Positions 36,801 to 46,877 of a stretch of 64,000 nt of DNA are shown here, piece after piece. The notes beneath the pieces are model-generated. The model was not told the origin of the DNA and made no database searches. It saw only the letters and a program-made list of their open reading frames with translations. Position 1 is the first letter of the stretch; each line of letters begins with the position of its first letter. Location: positions 1-64,000 of the forward strand of contig OZ025675.1 of the NCBI GenBank assembly GCA_964019335.1, given 5' to 3'. The translations under genes and the position numbers were made by a program. The DNA comes from Diplonema japonicum (taxonomy: Eukaryota; Protista; Euglenozoa: Diplonemea).

Positions 36801-38062
36801 TGGAGGTACCCCTTCTCCGTCCACGCACCTCTGTTCGCGTCGTCGAAGGGCGCCATGTTCGGCAGGCGTACCCAACGATCGCAGCGTGGCCGCTCCTTCC
36901 CTGTAGGCGGCATGCCATCGGGTGTCGGACACACAGCGGGACCCACCACACGCACTCCATAGTGCGCCTTTTGTAGCACTTGCGACTCGATCCAACAAGA
37001 CTTCGCAGTAAAGCCACCTGTTGGGTACGCCCAAGTCCAGTACCTGCATGGAGGGCTCCCTGTGTAGTCCCTGCACAACTGTGCGCAGGCCGCAGCGCTA
37101 TTCACACCATTCCAAGTGCCAAGAACCACGTCATCCGGGCCAGGAAGGTCATGACCGTAAGTGATACCCCCCTCCGCACACGGGAGGTTGTATTCACTCT
37201 CATAGTCTGAAATTGGGTGGCGTGGGCCTATCTGCTGTGCCTGATCAGAAAATGACTTCTCTACAGTGCCCTTGGCCGCCACTACTACCCAGTAGTGCGG
37301 GTTGCACGGGTCATTGGCTTGAGTTGTCTTATCCCTGCGGTCCAAGGTAATGGGACACCGAACATTCGGAGGTGTCCCCATTGCGATGGTGAAGGTGATG
37401 TCGCAACCTGTCGCAGGGAGGCTCTTGAAGAGCCTTGCGTCGTCTACAAACTTGAACTGTTCCCAGGAGACGGGGTTCTTCAAGCCGCAGGACGGCACCT
37501 TACGTACGGTCTTCGCGAAGCCCCAGTATATGTTGTATTGCGTTATGTCAGCCTCGTCGGCAGCGCGGACTACTGTCGCCTCCCCGCCGAAGGAGAACCT
37601 CTGTGGATCGCGGTCCGTGAATATGATGCCTTGAGCGTGGTGCCTTGGTGCAGTGCTCGGTGCTTCGCAGCAAGTGAAGTCATTGCAAGGAAAGTAAGGG
37701 CATGAGATGGAGCTAGCGGTACTCTTTAGCGTCCAGCCTAGCTTTGTGCAGGTATAGGCACTGCAGATCCCTTCAGCACAACACTGAGCGTCGGTGCAAG
37801 ACCCTGCATACTCATCTCCTTGTGTGTAGTCTGCACAGATGATGCCAGCTGAGTCGTGCCGCAGGACTCTCCCCGAAGAGCAAACATGCGGCGGCATATC
37901 AGCAGGCGGAAGCTGATTGACAAGATACATGTACGAAGTCTGCCCGTCATCAGGCCGCCTGTTACAGTATGGCCACTTCGGGTACGCCCCCAAGTTCTTG
38001 GGCTGCTTCCACTGCGTGCAGTCGGCCAATATCAGCGCTGAATACAAGATGTGCACACTCAT
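33827..38062 (-). CDS. Type I membrane protein with Cys-rich and multiple PAN/apple domains, PDTPA mucin stalk, TM, WVEVVV tail
   Basis: PAN-type patterns (SAAACAQLC...CRYWTW...C, AEECQAICD...CVGF, CASKC..D.SC.VF, CSARCDSDSNCIAF); repeats at ~34100-35550; C-terminal hydrophobic helix. The start could have an upstream exon. Confidence 0.85.
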   Translation of the reverse strand: MSVHILYSALILADCTQWKQPKNLGAYPKWPYCNRRPDDGQTSYMYLVNQLPPADMPPHVCSSGRVLRHDSAGIICADYTQGDEYAGSCTDAQCCAEGICSAYTCTKLGWTLKSTASSISCPYFPCNDFTCCEAPSTAPRHHAQGIIFTDRDPQRFSFGGEATVVRAADEADITQYNIYWGFAKTVRKVPSCGLKNPVSWEQFKFVDDARLFKSLPATGCDITFTIAMGTPPNVRCPITLDRRDKTTQANDPCNPHYWVVVAAKGTVEKSFSDQAQQIGPRHPISDYESEYNLPCAEGGITYGHDLPGPDDVVLGTWNGVNSAAACAQLCRDYTGSPPCRYWTWAYPTGGFTAKSCWIESQVLQKAHYGVRVVGPAVCPTPDGMPPTGKERPRCDRWVRLPNMAPFDDANRGAWTEKGYLHAMRPNLPDVPLGPYSNAEECQAICDMDVLCVGFVFMKKDPTDKYFHHCIMIHHDPGTRKATRYYDMWLCSRAGMAPIVSGYTFQARPFGYKMCSGGTQISASPVGDHDCCASKCSDDTSCVVFTFRHTDRVCELYSACATLVNVNKVAGCAFESCYEEYGMATYKKDAPMMEIVDRWPKVGGYSGVPTFVQTAGIPEGTSIYCALQRTNVAKPNNVAEIKAKVHFTASVVGGVAGMMITKRPEGWSITDAEDYRLRCAADNMASFGLPAFVQLALATEVPSGYSEIVAANGNTGWCRGPGNCIHGYIADTSLKPYSVQSCSARCDSDSNCIAFQRRSSDGQCGIATPRSGCTYYTHIQADPLVRCFNRKTSYTHSIGNDRCSARCEGTCNWVRRMGEYERNYFLSPDKPCSVTDAPPTAEPTAVPTVAPPTAVPTAVPTDAPDTVAPDTPAPDTPAPDTPAPDTTAPDTPAPDTLAPDTPAPDTIAPDTPAPDTTVPGIPITPAPSTPAPSTPAPDTPAPDTPAPDTLAPDTPAPDTLAPDTPAPDTIAPDTPAPDTTVPGIPITPAPSTPAPSTPAPDTTAPDTPAPDTPAPDTPAPDTPAPDTPAPDTPAPDTPAPDTPAPDTPAPDTPAPDTPAPDTPAPDTLAPDTPAPDTIAPDTPAPGTTVPGIPITPASSTPAPSTPAPDTTAPDTPAPSTPAPDTPAPDTPAPDTPAPDTTVPGIPITPAPSTPAPSTPAPDTPAPTTPAPFTPAPDTTVPGIPITPAPDTPEPPTTAPGTPGTSVPGIPITPAPDTPEPPTTAPGTPGTSVPDTSAPVTPAPDTNAPAPPSSSAPLTPTPTFPPTMRPATTAAPTFPPLAPTPLPTPVPTVAITPRPTVSPEQTETPRLSTSEPVPIPTPVPTDTAQPTGSPTGGPRATAIPTRTPFVETRFPRWSFLYEENASGRVVKHYLWPYILSGTIFTTVLVLGMVGVAVLGLVGQGAASWVEVVV

Positions 38063-38559
38063 TGACTACGTTTCTCCTGCACGTATGTCTCTGTTAACAG
38101 CTACCTGACTAGTACATGCCGTGGCGGGCAAAAAGTCCTGTTGGTAAGTAAGAAAGTAGGGAATATAAAACACTAAACACAGAAAACTCGGAATATTGAG
38201 TGATGAATAAAAAGCTCTCGAGACTCTCACCCAGTTGCCTGGGTACTCTGGACCGTGCAGGTGTTCTCTTACCACAAGCCTAGCTGGTTGTTTGGAACCT
38301 TAAGTGAATGGGCACGCGGATAACCCTTCGCTGGGGGCGGTCACAAAGGAAGCGATCTCAATTCTAAAAAGCGGAAGTCACCTGCAGAAGCAGCAAACCC
38401 GCTGACATCATTATTCTGTTTTACCAGGTGCTGCTCAAGCTTCACGTAAAAATTGCGTACCTCCTGAGACCCACTGGGAACTGGCTGTGGTTGAAACAGT
38501 GCTCTGATGGGCCGACTCGTTCGTTGTGCAAGGATCCTCAAGATCTCTGACCCAGTTGC

Positions 38560-38960
38560 CAACACGCTGTACTCGCTTCACAAGAACATCAGGCCACAGC
38601 CAAGAAAAACTCTGCAAAAGGTTGCATTGTCCTTATAGTAGCTGAATGCAAACTGTGGACATTATTGTCGTGAGATGTGCACCCCGAAGCGTTGTACAAG
38701 ACCGCCAACAAGATCCATGTGAGGCACGAGAAGACACCAGAGTGCGCCACTGTCGCAGCAATATTCATCTTACCGTGAATACGTGCTCGTAGCGCCGCAT
38801 CCCTGCTAGGGGCTCATGGTGTCTTCTTTCAGATTTGCTATCTATAGCCTGTGGTGCGATGTTTGTCTTTATTGAGCTCCATGAACATTGGTGCCCTGGA
38901 TGAAAGATTCTATCGGCTGAGTGATAAGGCGCACAGCAGCCATGACGAACGCTGCGGAGG
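38560..38960 (-). pseudogene. Decayed paralog of the amastin-like gene
   Basis: 38679-38738 translates to GVFSCLTWILLAVLYNASGC, compared with CLFTTLTWILMVSLFKREVSC. The 16-mer CAAGATCCATGTGAGG is shared with ~32304. Flanks are broken by stops and frameshifts. Confidence 0.55.
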
Positions 38961-39447
38961 AGCGGCACTCCAGAACAGAAGACGGAGACGCCGACAGCGA
39001 AGAAAAAGGCTGCGCGGCGTTGTCCGCAACATACCAAACCCCACAAGGGCAATGCGAATCGTCAAGCGGTAAAAGAATAATGAGACAAAAGAGAAGAAAG
39101 AGGACATAAAGAGATAGTACGAACAAAAAAAAGGGGGGGGGGAGGGGTGATGTCGAGCGATTCATGATTAAGAAAAAGAAGAAAATATATTAAAAAAAAA
39201 GAATTATATACGAGGTAAGGTAGTTGCTACCCGCATCCTTCGACACTGCCTGTGTTCCCTCATCTCGCCCCCCCCTCCCCCCCAATAGAAATTAAACTAA
39301 AAATAGACTCATAGTTCGAAGCTTCCTGTGTGTTTCCTACAACAGAAAATTAGCTGCTAAAAACTGAAAAAGAAAAACATATATTCGTTTCCTCTTTGTT
39401 CCTGTTCTCTTGAGAGGAAATACCCTTAAAAGATCCCCCAGTGTTGT

Positions 39448-39482
<35 letters not shown>

Positions 39483-39867
39483 CATCGGAGAAACCCCTTC
39501 TGCGAAAAAGTCGTTCTGGGGCGCATCGCTCGTACAGCGAAACGACTTAACCCTCAAAAAAACTCCCCGCAAAAAAAAAAAAAGAAAATTCACTATGATA
39601 GGAACGAAGTGGTTAGCAACGGCCCGCCAAAAAAGTTTAGAGGATACAGCACCAGGGCTTCCCACGTGATCACTCACCGCAGTACTAACCTGGCCTGCTG
39701 GTGCTTAACTGACATTGTCACAAAGTGTTTCTCTTTTTGATTGACCATCTTGGAGACATGAATGCTATATGCGGGGCTCACCTTAGCGGTGCTTTTTGAA
39801 GAACAGTTCTTACGTCACATAGACCATTCCCACCTAGGCAATAATCTTAAATATCTTTTAACTATTT

Positions 39868-40633
39868 ATTTAGTGAAAATAAGATCGTATGATTTTCACG
39901 CGTGGTGGCAGTGGTTTAACGAGTGGGTATATGACTTCACGAGCGAAGCGAGTGCAGTCATGAATGTCTACTTCACGAGCGAAGCGAGTGAAGTAACATT
40001 AACGAGTTAAACATGCCACCACAAGTGAAAATCGGATCTATTTTCACTAAATCCGTTGTTTTATTTAACGTCAGTCAGATTTGAAAGGGTGGGGTATTAC
40101 AGGTTACAAGTTACAAGTTAAAATCTTACTGGGGGTGCTTATGGTTGATATTGATTGTCAAGGCATATCCTGTGTGGTGCGGGCTGTGCGTCCATGAGTG
40201 CTGACAGGACCTCGGTCTGGACCCATGAGGCTGCTGCCTGGGTTGCTGAGGTTGCCCCACTAGCAGCTGTCACCGCTGCTGGCTTGCCTAGCCCACCTCT
40301 CTCCCCTTCTGTTGAGAGAGGCGACCAGATCCTTGAGTGACGTAAAAAGTGAGATTCCCAGATTCGAACCGGGGTTTCTAAAACAAGAGGCCTGTGTGGT
40401 AACCACTTAGGTGATTTCTTTTCCGTGTTTGCGCCCCCAACCCCTTGCTGTGCAGTGAAAATAGGGCAAGCGTGATTATAAAGTACTTTATATTCACTCA
40501 TAAAGTAATTTTCATTTCTGCCCCTGTTTTCTTCCTAAAACAAGCCTGAAATCTGCAATGAAAATAAAGTGAAGCGTGAAATAATGTGAAATATTATATT
40601 CACTCCCACCCTTGAAAATCTGACTGGAGTTAT
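39868..40633. mobile_element. Structured element: Y-shaped palindrome with two GCGAAGC ears, plus a second inverted-repeat pair around a possible tyrosine-recombinase remnant (Crypton-like?)
   Basis: Arms at 39868-39920 and 40006-40052; ears CTTCACGAGCGAAGCGAGTG at 39935 and 39971; second IR at ~40066-40095 / 40602-40632; minus-strand ATQAAASWVQTEVLSALM..AQPA remnant. Confidence 0.5.
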
Positions 40634-40686
40634 ATAAAAAAAAGAAATATGAGTCTTCTTTTGTTACAAAAAAAAAAAAGAAAATA

Positions 40687-42000
40687 GAGATGAGATAAAG
40701 GAGGTTCCTGTTTTGGAACGTCCCCCTTGTCTCTACTTATCTACCCCTTTCTCCCTTCTGCCTCGGCCTTTCTTTCTTTTTTGGCTGTGTTGCCTTTCTC
40801 AAAGTATCCTCCCTTTCTTCCTGCCACTTTCTGCCCAGTTTCTTAGGTCCTTCTTGGTTTTCTCTGATGCAAAAACTGGCCTTCTGTTCCATCCCAGACT
40901 CTTCTTCGCACCTATGGTTCTAAGCGCGTGGTTCTTCTGGCTCTCCGCTGGGAAGATCCGCTTGCCTCTGACCTTCTTCTGTATGCGTGCTGTGTCCCAC
41001 CCTTCTTGGATTCTTTTCAGGAGGCCGTGGAAACTCCGCGCTTTCTTCTGTATCATGTCTAGATCACCCTTCTTCCCCGTGATCGGCTCGACGCCCAGCG
41101 TGTTCTCGAAGTCTAGTACGAGTTCCATTGTGGTGACTGTCGTCTTCCTCGGTCCATCGTACCACTTCAGCTTTTTGAGCCACTTGACGATGTCTTCACC
41201 GTGCTTCATCATCAGGCTCCCGCTCACATGCTTCCTCAGCTCCTTCCATTCAGGTGGCGCATGAGCGTTTCCTTCCGTTATCTGTTCCAGGGGTGGGTCG
41301 CTCGGGGTATCATGTATCTCTTCACAGTCTGCTGGAATCTCGCAAGTCTCAGCTCTACCGTCAGAGTCATATGGTCCGCCCCCTTTACATCCCTGCTTGT
41401 TCTGCAGCCCTGTAGCGCCTGCGCTGCGAAAGCGTTCAGGAGGATGTAGTCTTCTTCCTGAGGACGTGCTGCAAGAGTCGTTCTCGTTGCCTCCTTGGTT
41501 CCTCTCCCTCCCCTGCTGGGCAGTACACGGTGATGATGTGCAGCCACATATTTTCCCCGTCTATGCTGACCCTTGTGTGTTGCCACCTACTGTTGATGTC
41601 TTGCTTAGCGTCATCCCTCTCGAGTGATGTTCCCAGCGCTGTTCGTGGCTCGCGTACAAAAGTCGCCAGGCCTCCTCGTCTTGCGATATCTATAGATATC
41701 AGACCTTCCTTGATCCTTCCCTGTTGCGGGTCTGCCCACATAGGTCTGTATTTCCGCTTCTTGTTCTTCTCTGTCGCGGATTTCATTGCGTGTGCCACCT
41801 CTTTCTGTCCTGCTGCCGTAAGTGCCGTCTCTTGTAGGCAGATTACGTCGACGTCGAGCTGCATGACGCTTTCCAGCCTGTTCCTCAGAGACGCTACATT
41901 TGCAGTTGCGAGATGGAAAACCTGTGTCGGCGGCTTCTTGGTACTGCCTGTTTGTTCACCCTCACTACTTAGGACTTTAAGTGTGCGGTTACCAGCCTTC
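40687..42000 (-). mobile_element. APE-type LINE, internally deleted (endonuclease N-terminus fused to the 3' end)
   Basis: LATANVASL...DVICLQET, GGLATFVR, SRWQH and TVYCPAG. The 3' ~600 bp are nearly identical to 42717-43330. Confidence 0.85.
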
Positions 42001-42716
42001 TCATAGGGGGTATGGCGCCCAAAAGAAAATATAACTTATAGATTGCGGTATCTTTTCTTTTAAGCTTTTCTTTTCTCTTTTTTCTAATTCTAGGAAGTGG
42101 GGGTGGAAAAATAGAAAAAAGAACTGTAAGTATAGTTATTCTTTATTCTATTTTCTTCTATTTCCTCCCTCCCGAAATTAAATAAAAACCAGATCTTTAA
42201 AAGAATATCAAGCTAACGGGGAAAGTAAAACAACCGCATATGTGTGTTGCTTTGGACAAGACCTCTGAGATACGTACAGGGGCCGAGACTGGCTACCACC
42301 TCTCAAAAAAAAAAACGCAGCCTGTGCCTGAATAAATCATTCTAGAAACAAAAAGATATTTTCGTTCTTGAAAAAAAAAATGTGGGTGTGAGCAAAAAAA
42401 AAAAAGTAGTCTCGATTTTTAGTGGAAACAGAGCATGTTGTATGGGGTGCTTCACTGGCGCAAGGCCGCGGAGAGGTTGCTTGCCAGACCTGGTGAAACC
42501 ACCTCCTTGGCGAATGCCCTCCCCTCCTTCCTTGCTTTCTTCCCTGCTCCTTGTCTTGACCATCTTCTGTTGCTTTTTCGCTCTTCGCTCGAGTAAAGGG
42601 GGAAAAGCAAAAGTGAAAAACCTGCAGAAGTAAAATCCTTACTCGGCACAGAAATAATACAAAAAGTTAATAATTTCCTTTCGTAACTGTATTGCATTTT
42701 GAATATTAAAAAAAAA

Positions 42717-43725
42717 GAGATGAGATAAAGGAGGTTCCTGTTTTGGAACGTCCCCCTTGTCTCTACTTATCTACCCCTTTCTCCCTTCTGGGGCCTCGGC
42801 CTTTCTTTCTTTTTTGGCTGTGTTGCCTTCCTCAAAGTATCCTCCCTTTCTTCTTGCCACTTTCTGCCCAGTTTCTTAAGGTCCTTCTTGGTTTTCTCTG
42901 ATGCAAAAACTGGCCTTCTGTTCCATCCCAGACTCTTCTTCGCACCTATGGTTCTAAGCGCGTGGTTCTTCTGGCTCTCCGCTGGGAAGATCCGCTTGCC
43001 TCTGACCTTCTTCTGTATGCGTGCTGTGTCCCACCCCTCTTGGATTCTTTCCAGGAGGCCGTGGAAACTCCGCGCTTTCTTCTGTATCATGTCTAGATCA
43101 CCCTTCTTCCCCGTGATCGGCTCGACGCCCAGCGTGTTCTCGAAGTCTAGTACGAGTTCCATTGTGGTGACTGTCGTCTTCCTCGGTCCATCGTACCACT
43201 TCAGCTTTTTGAGCCACTTGACGATGTCTTCACCGTGCTTCATCATCAGGCTCCCGCTCACATGCTTCCTCAGCTCCTTCCATTCAGGTGGCGCATGAGC
43301 GTTTCCTTCCGTTATCTGTTCCCAGGGGTGCGTCGTGTACGTTTCTAGCTTTCTCTTGTCCTGGAGAAGCTGGTCCCGTTTTGCCACCACTTCCAGCAGG
43401 TAGTATTGCGTCTTCCTCAGCCGGTGTTGGTGTGTTCGGTGATCACGCGGGAGCGTTCCATGTAGCTGCATGCAGATTGGCATTTCCGTCTTGCTGGCCA
43501 CTACTTCTGCATGTACTTCCTTCTGTTGCACCTCCTTCGCCACACTGCATTCCCATAATGCGTGTCGCAGCATGTTGCTCTCGTCCTCCTCCGCACCGCA
43601 CGCGTCGCATGTGACTTCGTCTGTTGTTGGTCTCTTGTTCACACGCTCGTGTGTCTCGTCCCCTTCCTCTTCCGAGCTGTCCTCGCTTTCGCTCTGCTCG
43701 CCCTCTGGGGGTGGTACCCGTCTGG
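42717..43725 (-). mobile_element. 5'-truncated copy of the same LINE (C-terminal zinc knuckle region)
   Basis: CDACG...LRHALWEC (CCHC), and the same 3' terminus ...GGAACCTCCTTTATCTCATCTC as the 40687 copy. Confidence 0.85.
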
Positions 43726-44849
43726 TGATTAAAAAAAAAAAAAAAATAGAACTTACTGTGAAAAAAAAAAAAAGAAAACGCGAGACTTGTTTAGCAGTTG
43801 TGTGACAGACTACTCCTGAGCCGAATCTCACGGATCGAAGTTTTAGGAAAATTAAAAGGAGAAAAAAAAAAAAAAAAAAAAAAAAAAAACGGCCGTCGAA
43901 TACAGAGCCTTAAGCATAGTCCAGTCCAGTGCTAACGATCTCCAACGGGATTTTAATTACACTCGATAGATGGATGCCCACCACATCATGGGACGTGGAA
44001 ATAGAAAAGGCACGCATACAGACGGTGAAACACCTCTATGCATTGGTTGGCTTCAAAGTCCGACAGGTGAGTAACCCTGGATACTACGCGTAAGGTCAAT
44101 TTTTAAAAAAAGGTGGGGGGGAGGGGGAGCATGGTCTGGTTCCTTGTCCTACTCTTGTTAAAGGTAACAAAAGACGGAAACTACTCAAAAAGAAAAAGAA
44201 AAAGAGAGAAAAAAAATAAGATACTTCAGTAGGAAAAAAGAAGATTAAAACAAAACAAAAACAAAAAATGAAAAGCAAGAAGTATATAAAGTATAAAGTG
44301 TCTGGTATTTGCACGTGCCTACGACATGAGCCCTCTCGTGACCCTGTGCCCTCTCGTGACTTGTGCTCTCGTCACGTTTGGAATCGATCAGTTGCTAAAG
44401 AATTATAAGTGTGAAGAAAGATGCTAAAAGTCAACAAAATATTTTACCAGAGCCAAAAAAAAAAAAAAAAAGAAATGAGAAATATAAAGGAGCCAGTCCT
44501 CTTTAAGCTTTTCAGAAGAATTCATGGATTAGGTGGCTCCAGTACTCTGTACTGGCGAAATTGAAAAAACTACCATATGACCCCCTAACCCCAGGCATGA
44601 GTTACTGTATTTGTTAGGATGTTTTAAAAGGGAGGTTTCTTTTTACCCTCTTGTCTTGTTATTTCGAAGGTGAGGAGGGGATAATTGAGCTTCTTAGCCA
44701 AAATCCAATTATCCTGTAATTACCCCCTCTTCTCTCCTTTTATCATGAAGTCCCAATAGCATGCGTTCTACAGCGCCACCGGCTTAGACAAAAAAGTGCT
44801 TCTGTTTGTTAAGGGGATTGGCCTTGATCTTGGTATCTATACCAACTAT

Positions 44850-46438
44850 ATATGGGTCGATTTCAAAACCCCCCCCCCAAAATGAGGCCAATTGACACTT
44901 TCGTTGCATCTTTGGGCATGCCGCCCCCTTTAAAAAAAATTCTCCATATTTCCCGGCCCATATTAGGAAAGAACTCGGGTCAGAAATCGCTCAAGGGTGC
45001 TATTTTGACCTATGAAAAATTCAGTCTTAGGGTAAAAATCGGGTTTTAGTGGTTTTGGTAAAGTCAGAGAGTATGCTTTCAATAGCAAGAAATAGCGGAA
45101 CTCACTGCTAGAAGGTGGCTGAAATGATGTTGGAAGTGGAAACCTTCATTTCCTAGTCTTCTGCGGCTGAGATGTGCTGCTGCTGAGTGGGCGACCTCGT
45201 TTCTTTTTCATACTATTAGGCCTTCTACCGCATTTTGGGGGGTTTTAAGAGGCTCATTCGTAGGTGTACTTGGTGCTTTGGGCTTGTCATGGGGTGTCGA
45301 GTATTTTTGTAATTTGGTTACTATTCTTTCTCGTTTTTCAAGTCCGGGAAGGCTATCAGGAACGTCCTCATACTCATCACAAGATTCATAGACTGGGGGC
45401 CTTTTCTCTGCCCTGTCTGCATCGAGTTCTTTGATGACGTACTTTAGTTCTTTCTAGCTCGTGGACGCACACGTAGCAAGTACACCCTCCGGTGTGCTCC
45501 TGAGCTCATATGCACCTGTAAAATCCGGAAACTCAAGAATTTTCTTTTTGTACGGGCCAAAGACATCAGTAACTACATGCACGGCGCACCGTATCGTATT
45601 GGTGATGTTAGCTATTTGTTCCACAGTTTTAATTGTTGTGGAACGAGGCACCCAAAACCAAACACGAGAGAGCACACCAAAGTGGCTGTCCCTGTTGTTT
45701 TTGCCGTGTTTCTCCCCCAGAAACCACAGGGAAAACGTCCGATCGGGATATACATAACGAAGACCAAAAAGAACAAAGTAGCAAAATTCCTTTGCACGAA
45801 AGTGACGCCCACCGTCAGTCCAGAGTATCCACTCCATTTTTTTCTTTATTTTTTTCTGTGCCCATGCTACTGTGGAACAAGACTTTTCCAACAGTAAGGC
45901 CAGCTGCCCTTATTTCATCATGTGTGATGTGGTCAAGCCTCATGCCTCTGACCAATTGGCGCCGTGTGGTGTCTTGTTGGCTACTAAATCAACCAGAAAA
46001 TGATAGCAGAAGTGCCGCTAGAAGTTCCCCTTTACACACTACGCCACAAACTAGTGCAGCACAGTCGTTGCCACTGAGCTTCTCAAAAACCTCTGTGGCG
46101 AGTGTCCTGATCGCCGTGGTGTTCCCATTTACCCTTTCTCGGTCCGAATACCATTTTTTTTTACCCCTAGCTTCTCAACAGCAAGTTTAAAAGCATCCAT
46201 TTTTGTCACTCCCTCTTTTACTGAATTTGTGCAAAGTGAAAAAACCCATTTTTGCCCCTAGGACTGAATTTTCTGGGTACTAGTAACACTCACTTTCCCA
46301 TTTTCTGGGGTGTTTTCTTTCCTAACCTGGGCCGGGAAAGTTGTAGAATTTTTTTTCTTTGGGAAAAAGTACTTAGAGAAATATTGAAAGTGTCAATTGG
46401 CCTCATTTTGGGGGGGGTTTTTTGAAACGATGCCATAT
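44850..46438 (-). mobile_element. Internally deleted DDD/E DNA transposon, Sola(2)-like
   Basis: ~120-bp imperfect TIRs with core CCCCAAAATGAGGCCAATTGACACTTTC and ATAT on both flanks. Transposase piece WTDGGRHFR...GEKHGKNNRDSHFG at 45454-45891. The superfamily call is from recalled motifs. Confidence 0.72.
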
Positions 46439-46877
46439 ATAAAAAAAAACCGTTCAAGAAAAGAAAGGACATTGCAAGGCTACCCCATAGGGAAAGGTGA
46501 ATGTGGATATAAAAAGAAATATATAAAAAAAAAAGACAGCGTTCGCATGCATTGGAGCGGGTTGCCCCATCTCAGCACACGCAGAAGTGATGCCACTCAC
46601 CTACGCAGCATTTAGAGAAAAATAGGAGGGGAGGGAGGTAAAGCTGATTCTATTTGTGCTTCCTCCCAACCCGTAAAGGAGTACAACCCGCTCGACACTG
46701 TGTCAGTACTCGTGCTTGGATCCAGTTGACACTGTCACTACCCGTAGGCAGAGCGCGTCTCCGTACCTTCCTCCCCATGGGCAGAGTCGCAACCAGTAAG
46801 TGAATGGGGGAGGTCAGTCCAGTTGCCATCCTTCTCAAACCTCCACGAACCCAAAAAAAGAAAACGTTAAAAAAAAC

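Noticed and set aside
38380-38412. Upstream signal-peptide exon MMSAGLLLLQ for the PAN gene
   Set aside because: I could not find a phase-compatible acceptor, and the ATG at 38062 already gives a plausible short signal peptide.
39588-39606. Resemblance of TTCACTATGATAGGAA to LSU rRNA antisense
   Set aside because: Only ~16 nt, and the similarity does not extend.
46540-46850. Possible retroposon C-terminal relic (ARVLTQCRAG)
   Set aside because: Too short and decayed to support without alignment.
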